A stretch of DNA of 64,000 bases. It comes from an uncultured Bacillota bacterium. GTDB taxonomy: Bacteria > Sysuimicrobiota > Sysuimicrobiia > Sysuimicrobiales > Segetimicrobiaceae. Below the pieces are notes generated by a model. The model saw only the letters and a program-made list of their open reading frames with translations, did not search any database and was not told the origin of the DNA. The DNA lies in the NCBI GenBank assembly GCA_963804645.1, contig CAWDRG010000017.1, positions 64,001 through 128,000 on the forward strand, in the 5' to 3' direction. Shown one piece after another: positions 49,168-59,279 of this stretch; positions within the stretch are counted from its first letter, which is position 1; every line of letters starts with the position of its first letter. A program made the translations under genes and the position numbers.

Positions 49168-50061
49168 ATGAACGAGCGGATTGGGTTCATCGGCCTCGGG
49201 ATCATGGGGCGCCCGATGGCAAAGCATCTGGTCGCCGCGGGGTATGACGTGACCGTCTGGAACCGGACGCAGAGCAAGACCGCCGAGGTCGCGCAGGCGG
49301 GCGCGAAGGTCGGCGCGTCTCCCAAGGACGTCGCGAGCCGGAGCGACATCATCATCATTATGGTCGCCGACACCCCGGACGTGCGCGACGTGGTGCAGGG
49401 TCCGAACGGCATCCTCGACGGCGTGCGCCGCGGCGCGGTCGTCGTCGACATGAGCTCAATCTCGCCTGTTGCCACGCGCGAGATCGCGGCGGCGCTCGAG
49501 GCGCGGGGCGCGGAGATGCTGGATGCGCCCGTGTCGGGCGGCGAGCGCGGCGCGATCGACGCCGCGCTCTCGATCATGGTCGGCGGCAACGCCGAGGTGT
49601 TCGAACGCGTGCTCCCCGTGTTCCAGAAGATGGGCAAGAACATCGTCCACATCGGCGGGCACGGCGCCGGCCAGGTAACGAAGGCGTGCAACCAGCTGGT
49701 GCTCTCGCTCACGATCCTCGGGGTCGCCGAAGCGCTGACGCTTGCGCGCAAGGCCGGGGTGGACCCGGCCAAAGTCCGCGCGGCGCTGCTCGGCGGGTTC
49801 GCGCAGAGCCGCGTTCTGGAAGTGCACGGCCAGCGCATGCTGGACCAGAACTACGAGCCAGGGTTCCGGACGCGCCTGTACCACAAGGACATGGGCATCG
49901 TCACCGAGACCGGCCGGGCGCTCGGGGTTCCGCTGCTCGGCGCGTCGCTCACCGCGCAGCTGTTCCAGATAGCGATGAACCACGGCCTCGGCGAGCTCGA
50001 CTACTCGGTGCTGGCGAAGGTCGTGGGCGAGCTGGCCGAGGCTCCGCCCGCGGCCGACTAA
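49168..50061 (+). CDS. garR: 2-hydroxy-3-oxopropionate reductase / 3-hydroxyisobutyrate dehydrogenase family
   Basis: IGFIGLGIMGRPMA, DMSSISP, DAPVSGG, GAGQVTKACNQ, GGFAQSRVLEVHG. Confidence 0.85.
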   Translation: MNERIGFIGLGIMGRPMAKHLVAAGYDVTVWNRTQSKTAEVAQAGAKVGASPKDVASRSDIIIIMVADTPDVRDVVQGPNGILDGVRRGAVVVDMSSISPVATREIAAALEARGAEMLDAPVSGGERGAIDAALSIMVGGNAEVFERVLPVFQKMGKNIVHIGGHGAGQVTKACNQLVLSLTILGVAEALTLARKAGVDPAKVRAALLGGFAQSRVLEVHGQRMLDQNYEPGFRTRLYHKDMGIVTETGRALGVPLLGASLTAQLFQIAMNHGLGELDYSVLAKVVGELAEAPPAAD

Positions 50062-50579
50062 CCGCCGCCAGCGAGCAGGGCGCGGTAGAGCCGCGCGCGC
50101 TCCACGTAGTGGACGGCGCCGCCCCGCACGCGCACAAGATCCGCCTCGGTCAGATCGCGCACGACCCGACCGGGGACCCCGAGGAACAGCGTCCTCGGCG
50201 GGACGACCTTCCCCTCCGGCACGAGCGCGCCCGAGCCGACGAGCGCCTCCGCGCCGACGCGCGCACCGTTGAGCACGATGGCGCCCATCCCGATGAGGGC
50301 GCCGTCTTCGACGGTGCAGCCGTGCAGGATCACCCGGTGCCCCACGGTCACCCCCCGTCCCACCGTCACCGGATACCCGGGATCGGTGTGGACGACGCAG
50401 CCGTCTTGAAGATTGCTGTCGGCGCCGAGCGTAATCGGTTCGGTCTCGGCCCGCAGTACCGCGTGAAACCAGACGCTGGCGCCCGCCTCCACGACGACGT
50501 GGCCGACGAGATCCGCCGACGGCGCGACGAACGCGTCCGGGTGGACGCGCGGACGGTGCGGCGGCACTGGAATCAGCAT
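50058..50579 (-). CDS. Gamma carbonic anhydrase family (hexapeptide repeat)
   Basis: SNLQDGCVVH, TVGHRVILHGCT, LIGMGA. Confidence 0.9.
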   Translation of the reverse strand: MLIPVPPHRPRVHPDAFVAPSADLVGHVVVEAGASVWFHAVLRAETEPITLGADSNLQDGCVVHTDPGYPVTVGRGVTVGHRVILHGCTVEDGALIGMGAIVLNGARVGAEALVGSGALVPEGKVVPPRTLFLGVPGRVVRDLTEADLVRVRGGAVHYVERARLYRALLAGGG

Positions 50580-50590
50580 CGGCGGCCTCC

Positions 50591-51674
50591 TCAGAGCGCC
50601 CAGAAGGCGCCGATCACGCGGCGCGCGTCCCGGGCGCGCGCTTCCGCCACCGCGTACGGGGCCTCCCGCACGTTGACGGAGGCTTCGCGCACCCCCGCGC
50701 TGATTCCGGTCAGGCCCTCCAGCGTCGCCGCGAACGAGTGCGCCAGCCCGTCCGGGTCGTAGCCGCCCTCCAGCAGGGCGACGATCGGGGTCGGGCCCGC
50801 CGTCTCCCGGAGCAGGCGGCTGAGTCGCTCAAACCCCCCCGCGGTCAGCCGCATCCCGCCGAGCGGATCGGCGTGGTGGGCGTCATACCCCGCGGAGATA
50901 ATAATGAGGCCCGGGGCCGCGGCGCGCACCAGCGGCAGCACCAGTTCTTCCCATAGGTGCGTGTACCCGCCGTCGCCGATCCCGGCCGGCAAGCGGGACG
51001 TTGACCGTCGTCCCCTCCCCGGGTCCTTCCCCGACGTCCTCGAGGGCGCCGGTGCCGGGATACCAATCCTCCTGGTGGAGGGAGCAGACGACCACGGCGG
51101 GATCGCGGTAAAACACGTCCTGCGTCCCGTTGCCGTGGTGCACGTCCCAGTCGAGGATCAGCACGCGCCCGACGCCGTGGGCTTCGATCGCGTGCCGGGC
51201 CGCGAGCGCCGCGTTGTTGAACAGGCAGAAGCCCATCCCGTAGCCCGGCCCGGCGTGGTGCCCCGGCGGCCGGATGAGCGCGACCGCCACGGGCGCCTCC
51301 TTGCGCAGCACCGCGTCCACGGCGCCCTCGGCGCCGCCCACCGCGAGCCGCGCCACGTCGTACGACGCCGGCGACACGGGGGTGTCGGGGTCGAGCGAGC
51401 CCCCGCCGTCGTCCGCGAGCGCGCGCACGCGCTCGATGTGCGCGCGGGTGTGCACGCGCGCGAGATGAGCGTCGTCGACCGGCTCCGGCGTGCGCCGCGG
51501 CAGCCGCTCTCCAAACGGCGTTCGCGCGAGCAGCGTCTCGATCGCGTCCAGCCGCTCGGGCCGCTCCGGATGACCGGGCACGGTCCGGTGCCGCCGGTAG
51601 TCGGGATGCGAGAAGAGCAGCGCGGGGGGCGCCTCGGTCATCCGCCGGGGCTCGTCACGATCCGGACCGCTCAC
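50591..51674 (-). CDS. Histone-deacetylase-family protein, one +1 frameshift near 50992
   Basis: HPERPERL, RPPGHHA, GFCLFNN, DWDVHHGNGTQ, YPGTG; after the shift SAGYDAH..DPLG, LEGGY. Confidence 0.88.
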
Positions 51675-52342
51675 GCGCGCCCCGCGCGGAGTGCGCCGCG
51701 AAGCCGGTCGACCGCCGCGGCGACGCCGTCCGGCGCGCCGAACACCGCGGTACCCGCGACGAACACGGTCGCACCCGCCGCGGCGGCCGCGGCCGCGGTG
51801 TCCGGGGTGATCCCGCCGTCGACCTCGATGTCATACGACAGGCCGAGCGCGGCCCGACGCTCGGCCAGCACCCGCACCTTCGCCAGCATCGCCGGGATGA
51901 ACGGCTGTCCGCCCTCGCCGGGCTCGACCGTCATCACCAGCACGGTGCTCACCAGCGGGAGGACGTACGCCACCTGCTCGGGCGGAGTCGCGGGATTCAA
52001 CGCGACGGACGGGCGCAGCCCGAGCGCGGCGATGTGTTGGAGCGTCAGGTAGAGGTGCGGGCACGCCTCGACGTGCACGGCGAGGCTCGTCGCCCCGGCG
52101 CGCGCGAACGCCGCCAGGTGGCGCTCGGGTTCGACGACCATCAGGTGCACGTCGATCGGCAGACGGGTCGCCGCCCGCACCGCCCGCGCCGCCAGCGGGC
52201 CCATCGTGATCTCGGGGACGAACTGCCCGTCCATGACGTCGACGTGAATCCAGTCGGCCCCGGCGCGCTCGACCGCCTGTACCTGCTCGGCAAGCCGGCC
52301 GAAGTCGGCGGACAGGATCGACGGCGCGAGCTTCATCTCCAT
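51671..52342 (-). CDS. rpe: Ribulose-phosphate 3-epimerase
   Basis: APSILSADF, HVDVMDG, DVHLMV, EVDGGI. Confidence 0.95.
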   Translation of the reverse strand: MEMKLAPSILSADFGRLAEQVQAVERAGADWIHVDVMDGQFVPEITMGPLAARAVRAATRLPIDVHLMVVEPERHLAAFARAGATSLAVHVEACPHLYLTLQHIAALGLRPSVALNPATPPEQVAYVLPLVSTVLVMTVEPGEGGQPFIPAMLAKVRVLAERRAALGLSYDIEVDGGITPDTAAAAAAAGATVFVAGTAVFGAPDGVAAAVDRLRGALRAGRA

Positions 52343-52424
52343 GCGGGGCCCCCACCGGCGTCGCGACTCGGTCGGATGGCACGGGCCGGCGGCCCGAGGG
52401 CCGGCACACGCCCGCGCCGGAAGG

Positions 52425-54329
52425 TCAGGGACGAATCTCCTGGATCAACCGGTCGTCGATGTACACCTGAACGATCGTATACCCAATCCCGGTGACGTCC
52501 CGCTCGATGTTCTCGCCGGGGCCGCGGTTCCCCTGGTAGACGACGTGGACGCCCTGCTGATCGATGACCACGATCTTCACCAGCTGGTGGGACGGCCCCG
52601 CGGGCACGACGAGCTTCACGTGCGCGACGCGCCGGTCCGCGACGGGGGCCGACGCCGACACCGGCGCCGGCGGGGTCGCCGTCACGATCGGCTGCGGCGG
52701 CGGCGCCTGCGCGCCGTTCGGGGTTGAGCGGACCGCGATCGTCACCCCGACCGCGTCGCCGTGCTGAATCTGGGTGCCCGCCGCCGGGGTCATCGCCACG
52801 ATCTGTCCGGGGGGCACGTCGTCGCGGGGCGCCTGGATGACCTCCCGCAGCGTCACGCCGAGATCCTGGAGGGTCCGCCGCGCCTGGTCGAGCGACATGC
52901 CGACGAGATCGGGCAGCACCACGACCGCGGTCCCCTTGCTGATCGTCAGGTTGACCGTGGCGCCGCGCTCGATCGACGCGCCCGGCGCCGGATCCTGGGA
53001 CACGATAAACCCGGACGGCACGGTGTCGTCGTATGCCTCGCGCAGCTCACCGACCACCAGCTGCGACGCCTCGATCGTAAAGCGCGCCTCCTCGACCGAA
53101 CGCCGCCGCACGTCCGGGACCGAGAGCATGACCGGGCCGAGGCTCGTGGTCAGCGCGATGACGCGGTTCACTTTCACGGCCTGTCCGGCCGGCGGGTCCT
53201 GCCCGACCACCCAGCCCGCAGGGACGGTCGCGCTGTTCACCTGCTGGACCACCTGCACGCCGAGCCGGTCCTCCCGCGCGACCGTCTGCGCCTCGGGCAG
53301 CGTGCGCCCCACGAAGTCGGGCGTCTTCACCTCCGGCACGTTCAGGTACGCGTTCAGCGCCTGCCAGCCCACGGCGATGCCGACGAACACCGCCAAGAGC
53401 ACGATCGCGGCCGCGATAAACGGCGCCGCCGCGCGCGCGGACGGCCCGGCCGCTCCGCCGCGGCGCGGCCGCACGAGCGAGGTCGACTCGACGTCCGGGC
53501 CGCGCGTCCGCCAGTGCTCGCTCGCGCCGAGCAGGTCGCTTTGCATCTCGGCCGCCGTCCGGTACCGGGCCTCGGGCGCCTTGGCCAGCGCCTTGAGGAT
53601 GATCCCCTCCATCGAGGGCGTGAGCGGCCGTCCGTCGCGGCGGGGCGCCGGTACCGGCTCCTGCATGTGCTTGAGCGCGATCGTGATCGGTGTATCCCCG
53701 TCGAACGGCAGGGTGCCCGTCACCATCTCGTACAGGACGACGCCGAGCGAATACAGGTCGGCGGTGTGCCCGACCCCGAAGCCGCGCGCCTGCTCGGGCG
53801 ACAGATACTGGACGGAGCCCAGCACCGTCCCGGTCTCCGTGATCGTCGTCGACGCGAGCGCGCGCGCGATCCCGAAGTCGGTCACCTTCACCCGGCCGCT
53901 GCGGTCGATCAGGATGTTCTGCGGCTTGATGTCGCGGTGGACGATCCCCTGCGTGTGCGCGTACTGCAGCGCGTCGCAGACCTGCTCCGCGATCTCGCGC
54001 GCCCGCACCTCGTTCACGCGGCCCGCGCGCCGCAGGAGCGTCTTCAGGTCGTCGCCCTCGACGAACTCCATCACGATGTAGTGCACGTCGCCGTCGCGGC
54101 CCCAGTCGTACACCTGAACCATGTGCGGGTGCGACAGGCGCGCGACCGCCTGCGCCTCCCGCTCGAAGCGTGCGACGAACTCGGCGTTGTGGGCGTACTG
54201 GTCGCGCAGAATCTTGATCGCCACCGGCCGCCCGTCGTCGGCCCGCCGCCCCCGGTAGATGATCGCCATCCCGCCCTCGCCGAGCGGGCCCAGCACCTCG
54301 TACCGTCCGTCGAGGATGCGGCCGATCAC
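52425..54329 (-). CDS. pknB: PASTA-domain Ser/Thr protein kinase
   Basis: GEGGMA, VAIK, HRDIKPQN, DFGIA, GSVQYLSPEQARG, TM helix, three PASTA repeats. Confidence 0.95.
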   Translation of the reverse strand: MIGRILDGRYEVLGPLGEGGMAIIYRGRRADDGRPVAIKILRDQYAHNAEFVARFEREAQAVARLSHPHMVQVYDWGRDGDVHYIVMEFVEGDDLKTLLRRAGRVNEVRAREIAEQVCDALQYAHTQGIVHRDIKPQNILIDRSGRVKVTDFGIARALASTTITETGTVLGSVQYLSPEQARGFGVGHTADLYSLGVVLYEMVTGTLPFDGDTPITIALKHMQEPVPAPRRDGRPLTPSMEGIILKALAKAPEARYRTAAEMQSDLLGASEHWRTRGPDVESTSLVRPRRGGAAGPSARAAAPFIAAAIVLLAVFVGIAVGWQALNAYLNVPEVKTPDFVGRTLPEAQTVAREDRLGVQVVQQVNSATVPAGWVVGQDPPAGQAVKVNRVIALTTSLGPVMLSVPDVRRRSVEEARFTIEASQLVVGELREAYDDTVPSGFIVSQDPAPGASIERGATVNLTISKGTAVVVLPDLVGMSLDQARRTLQDLGVTLREVIQAPRDDVPPGQIVAMTPAAGTQIQHGDAVGVTIAVRSTPNGAQAPPPQPIVTATPPAPVSASAPVADRRVAHVKLVVPAGPSHQLVKIVVIDQQGVHVVYQGNRGPGENIERDVTGIGYTIVQVYIDDRLIQEIRP

Positions 54330-55744
54330 GGGTGGGCCGCCTCCGCGGCCTGCGCGGCGAGCGCCGCCACGAGCACGCGCCGCGCCGCGGGCGCGGCGGC
54401 CTGCCCGCCGACGCCGGCGTGTTCCAGGACGACCGCGACCGCAACGGTCGGGTGGTCGGCCGGCGCGAACGCGATGAACCACGCGTGCGTCGGCCCGTCG
54501 GGGTTCTCGGCCGTCCCGGTCTTCCCCGCGACGGCCACCCCGGGAATTTGGGCCGCGGTCCCGGTCCCGCGCGCCACGACCTCGCCCATGTCCTGCGCGA
54601 TCTCGGCGTTGATGGCGGGAGGCAGCACGACCTGCGTGCCGCGCTCGGCGTACGACTCGAGGATCCGACCGTCGAACGTGCGCACCTGCGACAGCACAAA
54701 CGGCCGCATCAGCACGCCGCGGTTGGCAATCGTCCCGGCGACCAGCGCCATCTGCAGCGGGGTGACGAGCAGGCTGCCCTGCCCGAACGAGATCTGCGCC
54801 AGGCCCCGCGGGCCGAGCGTGCCGGCATCGGGCAGATGGCCGGACGCCGCCGGCAGGTCGAAGCGCGGCGCCCGTCCGAGCCCGAAGGAGCGCGCCGCGC
54901 CGAGAATCGCGTCCGCGCCGGTCGCGAGGCCGATCTGGACGAACGCGACATTGCACGACACCGCGAACGCCTGCGGCACCGTCATCATGCCGTACTGCTC
55001 GTGCTCGAAGTTGCGGATCACGGCCCCCTGCACGGTGATCGACGCGGCGCAGTTCACCGCCGTCTGCTGCGTGACGCGGCCGCGCTCGAGCGCCGCGGCG
55101 AGGACGATGGGCTTGAACGAGGACCCCGGCGCGTATTCGCCCGAGGTCGCGCGGTCGAGCAGCGGAGCCCCGGGGTCGCGGGACAGCACGGGCCACGCCG
55201 CGTCGATCGACGCGGGGTCGAACCCGGGCGCGCTCGCGAGCGCGAGGACGGCTCCCGTGCGGGGATCGAGGGCGACGACGGCGCCCCGCGCGCCGTCGAG
55301 CGCCTGGACGGCGGCCCGCTGGACGGCGCTGTCGATCGTGAGCACCAGGTCGTTCCCCCGCGGCCGCCGCCCCGCCGCCTCCTGCAGCGCCTCCCAGGGG
55401 TCGCGGGCCGGCAGCCCCAGCAGCGCGGGATCGTACCGAGCCTCGAGCCCGCTCAGGCCGTACCGGGCGCTTCGGTAGCCGAGCAGGTGCGCGAGCGACG
55501 AACCGGCCGCGTAGCGCCGCACCTGGCGCCCGTCCTGCGTGGTCGAGTCCGTGAGGACCGCGAGGTGCCGGTCGAGGATGCGCCCCCACTGCACCTGCTG
55601 CGCGGTGATCGCGAGGCGCGGGTTCTGCGCGGTATCCGCCAGGCGCGGCCCCCAGATCACCTGCACGCCGGCGAGGTACACCAGCAGCACCACGAACAGC
55701 CCCGCCAAGAGGCGCCCGAGGTTAGCGATGCGCCGGAGCACCAC
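54326..55744 (-). CDS. pbpA: Class B penicillin-binding protein
   Basis: PGSSFK (SxxK), SCN, GKTGTAE. Confidence 0.9.
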   Translation of the reverse strand: MVLRRIANLGRLLAGLFVVLLVYLAGVQVIWGPRLADTAQNPRLAITAQQVQWGRILDRHLAVLTDSTTQDGRQVRRYAAGSSLAHLLGYRSARYGLSGLEARYDPALLGLPARDPWEALQEAAGRRPRGNDLVLTIDSAVQRAAVQALDGARGAVVALDPRTGAVLALASAPGFDPASIDAAWPVLSRDPGAPLLDRATSGEYAPGSSFKPIVLAAALERGRVTQQTAVNCAASITVQGAVIRNFEHEQYGMMTVPQAFAVSCNVAFVQIGLATGADAILGAARSFGLGRAPRFDLPAASGHLPDAGTLGPRGLAQISFGQGSLLVTPLQMALVAGTIANRGVLMRPFVLSQVRTFDGRILESYAERGTQVVLPPAINAEIAQDMGEVVARGTGTAAQIPGVAVAGKTGTAENPDGPTHAWFIAFAPADHPTVAVAVVLEHAGVGGQAAAPAARRVLVAALAAQAAEAAHP

Positions 55745-57029
55745 GCACCTCCGCGGCCGCGGGGGGCCGGCGGCTCACGCCGAGCAGCAGCCCGAGGGCG
55801 ACGAAGTTGCTGACCGCCGCGCTCCCGCCGTACGTGAGAAACGGCGCCGGGATGCCGGTCAGCGGGATCAGGCGTGTGCTGCCGCCGAGGATGATGAACG
55901 CCTGCAACCCGAGCGCCGTGGCGAGCCCCGCGGCGATGAGCGACTCAAACGCGCCCGGCGCACGCGCCGCGATGCGAAACATCCGTCCGATCAGCAGCAG
56001 GTACAGCGCCACCACGCAGAAGGTCCCGGCCGCGCCCAGTTCCTCGCCGATCGCCGGGAAGATCATGTCGGTGTAGGCCGCGGGCATCAGATCCGGGTGC
56101 CCCGCCCCTAGCCCCGTGCCGACGACGCCGCCGGTGGCGAGGCCGTACAGGCCTTGGAGGATCTGGTAGCCGCCGGTGGAGGCGGAGGCCCACGGGTTCG
56201 CCCACACGTCGACGCGCACCCGCACGTGCCCGAACAGGTGGTAGCAGACCGCGGCGCCGACGAGGAACGCGGCCAGCCCGAGCACCACGTAGTCTCCCCG
56301 GCCGGTCGCGACGTAGAGCATCGCGATGAAAATGCCGTAGTACAGCATCGCCAGGCCGAGATCGCGCTGGAACACGAGCAGCAGCAGCGCGCCGACGCAG
56401 CACAGCAGCATCGGGCCGAGCCGTCCGACCTCGGCCCGCCAGCGGCGCGGTCCGGGCAGCGTCAACAGGCCCCGGGCATCGGTCAGCACCCCCGCGAAGA
56501 ACGCGACGAGCAGGAGCTTCACGACCTCGCCGGGCTCGACGGCGACGCCGCCGAGAAGCAGCCACTGCCGCGCCCCGTTGCGCTCGACCCCCACGAGCAC
56601 CGTCGCCAGCAGCAGCATCAGGCCGAGGACGGCGAAAAGGTACGCGTAGCGGCGCACCCAGCGCAGGTCGCGGAGCGTGCCGAGCACCACCAGCAGCGCC
56701 ACCAGGCCGAGGGCGATCCATCCGGCCTGGCGCACGAGGTAGTCGGGGCGCAGCCGGTAGACCATCACGAGCCCGACCGCCGACAGCCCGGCGGCGACCG
56801 GCAGCAGCACCTCGTCCGCCCCGTGTCCGGACGCGCACAGCGCGGCGTGGACGACGAGAAACCCGGCGAGCGCGACCGCGCCGACCACGATCGGGCGCCA
56901 CGAATCTTGAGGGTAGAGGGCGAGGTGCACCGCGGCGAGGCCGAGCGCGCCGAGTGCCAAGGCCCCGACGAGCAGGCCGCGCTCCCGCGCCCGGAGCGTC
57001 AGCGTGCCGGCGAGGCGGGCGGCCGTCAT
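55722..57029 (-). CDS. rodA: FtsW/RodA/SpoVE family protein
   Basis: GARQW, QRDLG, GYQI.QG, TDMIFPAIGEELG, PLTGI..PFLTYGGS. Confidence 0.9.
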   Translation of the reverse strand: MTAARLAGTLTLRARERGLLVGALALGALGLAAVHLALYPQDSWRPIVVGAVALAGFLVVHAALCASGHGADEVLLPVAAGLSAVGLVMVYRLRPDYLVRQAGWIALGLVALLVVLGTLRDLRWVRRYAYLFAVLGLMLLLATVLVGVERNGARQWLLLGGVAVEPGEVVKLLLVAFFAGVLTDARGLLTLPGPRRWRAEVGRLGPMLLCCVGALLLLVFQRDLGLAMLYYGIFIAMLYVATGRGDYVVLGLAAFLVGAAVCYHLFGHVRVRVDVWANPWASASTGGYQILQGLYGLATGGVVGTGLGAGHPDLMPAAYTDMIFPAIGEELGAAGTFCVVALYLLLIGRMFRIAARAPGAFESLIAAGLATALGLQAFIILGGSTRLIPLTGIPAPFLTYGGSAAVSNFVALGLLLGVSRRPPAAAEVRGAPAHR

Positions 57030-57033
57030 CGCG

Positions 57034-58080
57034 TCACGGGCGGCGCACGAGGTCGTCGAGCAAATTCTGCGCCTCGTCCGGGCTGCGCACGGGAATTCCC
57101 TGCGTGAGCGACGCGCGGTACGCGGGCGCGACCTGCCCGATGCCGACCGCCGTCACACGCACCAGCGTGAACAAGGACACGCCGAGCACGCGCGCCGGCA
57201 CGCCGCGCATCACGGCGACGCGTCCCCCGCTCACGCCGAGGAAGTACGAGTGCTCGAGTTGATACACGCCGACGCCCACCGCGAGAAACGCCGCGAGCGC
57301 GGCCGGCGCCGCGACGCGGGCCAGCACGGCCGCCCACCGCGGACGCAGCCGCACCACGACCGCGGACGCGTTGTCGAGCCCGCCGCGTGCGTTCGCCAGC
57401 CCGACGAGCGTCTCGCACGCCGCCTCGGCGTCCGGCGTGCCGCGCAGCACGGCGGCGATCTCCTCCGCGGGCACGGCGCCCGAGACCCCGTCGCTGGTCA
57501 GGCAGAAGACGTCCCCGCTCCGCAGCGGCACGGTCAGGACGTCGGGTTGGACATCGGGCTCGACCCCCAGCGCGCGCGTCAGCACGTGCCGCTGTGCGTG
57601 CGCGTCCGCGTCCTGCGGCGCCACGCCGCCGTGACGGACGAGTTCCTGGACGAGCGAATGGTCGGTCGTCAGCTGCTGAATCTCGCGGCCGCGCAGCAGG
57701 TACGCACGGCTGTCCCCGACGTGCACGACGAGACCCTCGGTGCCGATGCACAGCAGCGCCGTGCACGTCGTCGCCATGCCGGCGCGGTCGGGGTCGGTCG
57801 CGCGCTCGCGAATCTCGTCGTTCGCGTCGCGGACGGCCCGGATCAGCGCCTCCTGGGGCGGCACCCGGGCCGCGAGCAGGGCCGGCACCGTTGCGCGCAG
57901 GACCTGGACGGCGAGCGCGCTGGCGACGCTGCCCGCCGCGTGCCCGCCCAGCCCGTCCGCGACCACGTACAGCGCCGCGCCGCGTCCCGCGTGCTCGAGC
58001 ATGAGCACGCGGTCTTCATTCACCTCGCGGACCCGCCCGGTGTCGCTGCACGCCGCCCCGGCGGCGGCGAGGCCTCTCAC
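57034..58080 (-). CDS. pstP: PP2C Ser/Thr phosphatase with C-terminal membrane anchor
   Basis: GRVREVNED, VADGLGGH, HVGDSRAY, SDG, GGLDN. Confidence 0.9.
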   Translation of the reverse strand: MRGLAAAGAACSDTGRVREVNEDRVLMLEHAGRGAALYVVADGLGGHAAGSVASALAVQVLRATVPALLAARVPPQEALIRAVRDANDEIRERATDPDRAGMATTCTALLCIGTEGLVVHVGDSRAYLLRGREIQQLTTDHSLVQELVRHGGVAPQDADAHAQRHVLTRALGVEPDVQPDVLTVPLRSGDVFCLTSDGVSGAVPAEEIAAVLRGTPDAEAACETLVGLANARGGLDNASAVVVRLRPRWAAVLARVAAPAALAAFLAVGVGVYQLEHSYFLGVSGGRVAVMRGVPARVLGVSLFTLVRVTAVGIGQVAPAYRASLTQGIPVRSPDEAQNLLDDLVRRP

Positions 58081-58517
58081 GACACCGCGGCCCCGACGAC
58101 GGGTTCGGTGCGAAGCGCCAGCACCGCGTCCCCGATCGTGAGCCGGTCGCCGGGGCGGAGCGCCGCGGGCCGCCGGAGGCGCTGCCCGTTCAGCAGCGTG
58201 CCGTTCGTGCTGCGGAGATCCTCGACCCACACCCGCCCGCCGCGCTGGAACACGCGGGCGTGGTGGGCCGACACGAACCCGTCCTGCAGCATGATCGCGC
58301 ACTCGGGTGCGCGCCCGATGGTGGCCTCCCGGTCGACCAGAAACTCACGGCCCCGCAGCGGCTCGGGCTGCTCGACGACGAAGTAGGTGCGCGAGGACGC
58401 GGACGGCACCGCCCGGACCTCCAAGTCCGCCATGACCGCCCGGACCACGCGGCCGGCGAACACCAGGAGCCCCGCAAGAAACGCATACCGCAGCAGCGGC
58501 AGCAGGAGCGGCGTCAC
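58077..58517 (-). CDS. fhaB: Membrane-anchored FHA domain protein
   Basis: N-terminal TM, IGR, VSAHHA, DLRSTNGT. Confidence 0.88.
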   Translation of the reverse strand: MTPLLLPLLRYAFLAGLLVFAGRVVRAVMADLEVRAVPSASSRTYFVVEQPEPLRGREFLVDREATIGRAPECAIMLQDGFVSAHHARVFQRGGRVWVEDLRSTNGTLLNGQRLRRPAALRPGDRLTIGDAVLALRTEPVVGAAVS

Positions 58518-59248
58518 GGTCCCGTGATGAGCTCCAGCAGCACCGTCCCCAACTGCACGCGGTCGCCCGCGTGCAGCGGCACCGGGGCGGCGCCGGACCG
58601 CGTCCCGTTCACGAGGGTCCCGTTGGTGCTGCCGAGATCCGAGATCTCCGCCCGATCCGCGGCGAGGTCGATGCGCGCGTGCGTGCGGCTGACGCTCGGG
58701 TCGTTCAGCACGATGTCCTGGTCGGCCCGGCGGCCGATCGTCACCACGGGACCGATCCCCCCGAACTCCAGCCCCGCCGCGCCCGGCGGACCCGCGAGCA
58801 CGCGCAGGCGCACCCGCGGGGGATCGTCGCGCCGGCGGTAGATGCGCGTGTCCCCGTCGTCCCGGGGTTGCGGCGCCTCGTCGGGGACGAGCCGCGCCTC
58901 GACGTAGATCTCGCGCCGGGCGATCTCATCCCGCGCGTCCAGCGACACCCGCACCGCCCCGGGCACGCTCGCGCCCAGTTCGTCCACCCGCGCGCGCACC
59001 GCGGCCTCGAGCTCCACCGCCAGCGGGGCGGCCAGGTCGGCATACGGCGCGAACTCGTGCGGGTTGAGGAACACCTGATACACGTTCGGCACGATGAGCC
59101 CGCCGAGCCCCGCCACGGCACCCTCGTCCATCGCGCGGAACACGCGCCGGCCGATCTCCACGGGATGCACGCGGTCGTGTGCCCACGGCGCGAACACGCC
59201 CTCGACGAGCGCCTCGATCCGCCGCTCGAGCCGCAGGAGCAGGCTCAC
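58514..59248 (-). CDS. fhaA: DUF3662 + FHA domain protein
   Basis: ERRIEALVEGVF, VHPVEI, PNVY, IGR, VSRTHA, DLGSTNGT. Confidence 0.88.
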   Translation of the reverse strand: MSLLLRLERRIEALVEGVFAPWAHDRVHPVEIGRRVFRAMDEGAVAGLGGLIVPNVYQVFLNPHEFAPYADLAAPLAVELEAAVRARVDELGASVPGAVRVSLDARDEIARREIYVEARLVPDEAPQPRDDGDTRIYRRRDDPPRVRLRVLAGPPGAAGLEFGGIGPVVTIGRRADQDIVLNDPSVSRTHARIDLAADRAEISDLGSTNGTLVNGTRSGAAPVPLHAGDRVQLGTVLLELITGP

Positions 59249-59279
59249 GGGCAGGCTCCTGCCGCGCCGACGGTGGGGC

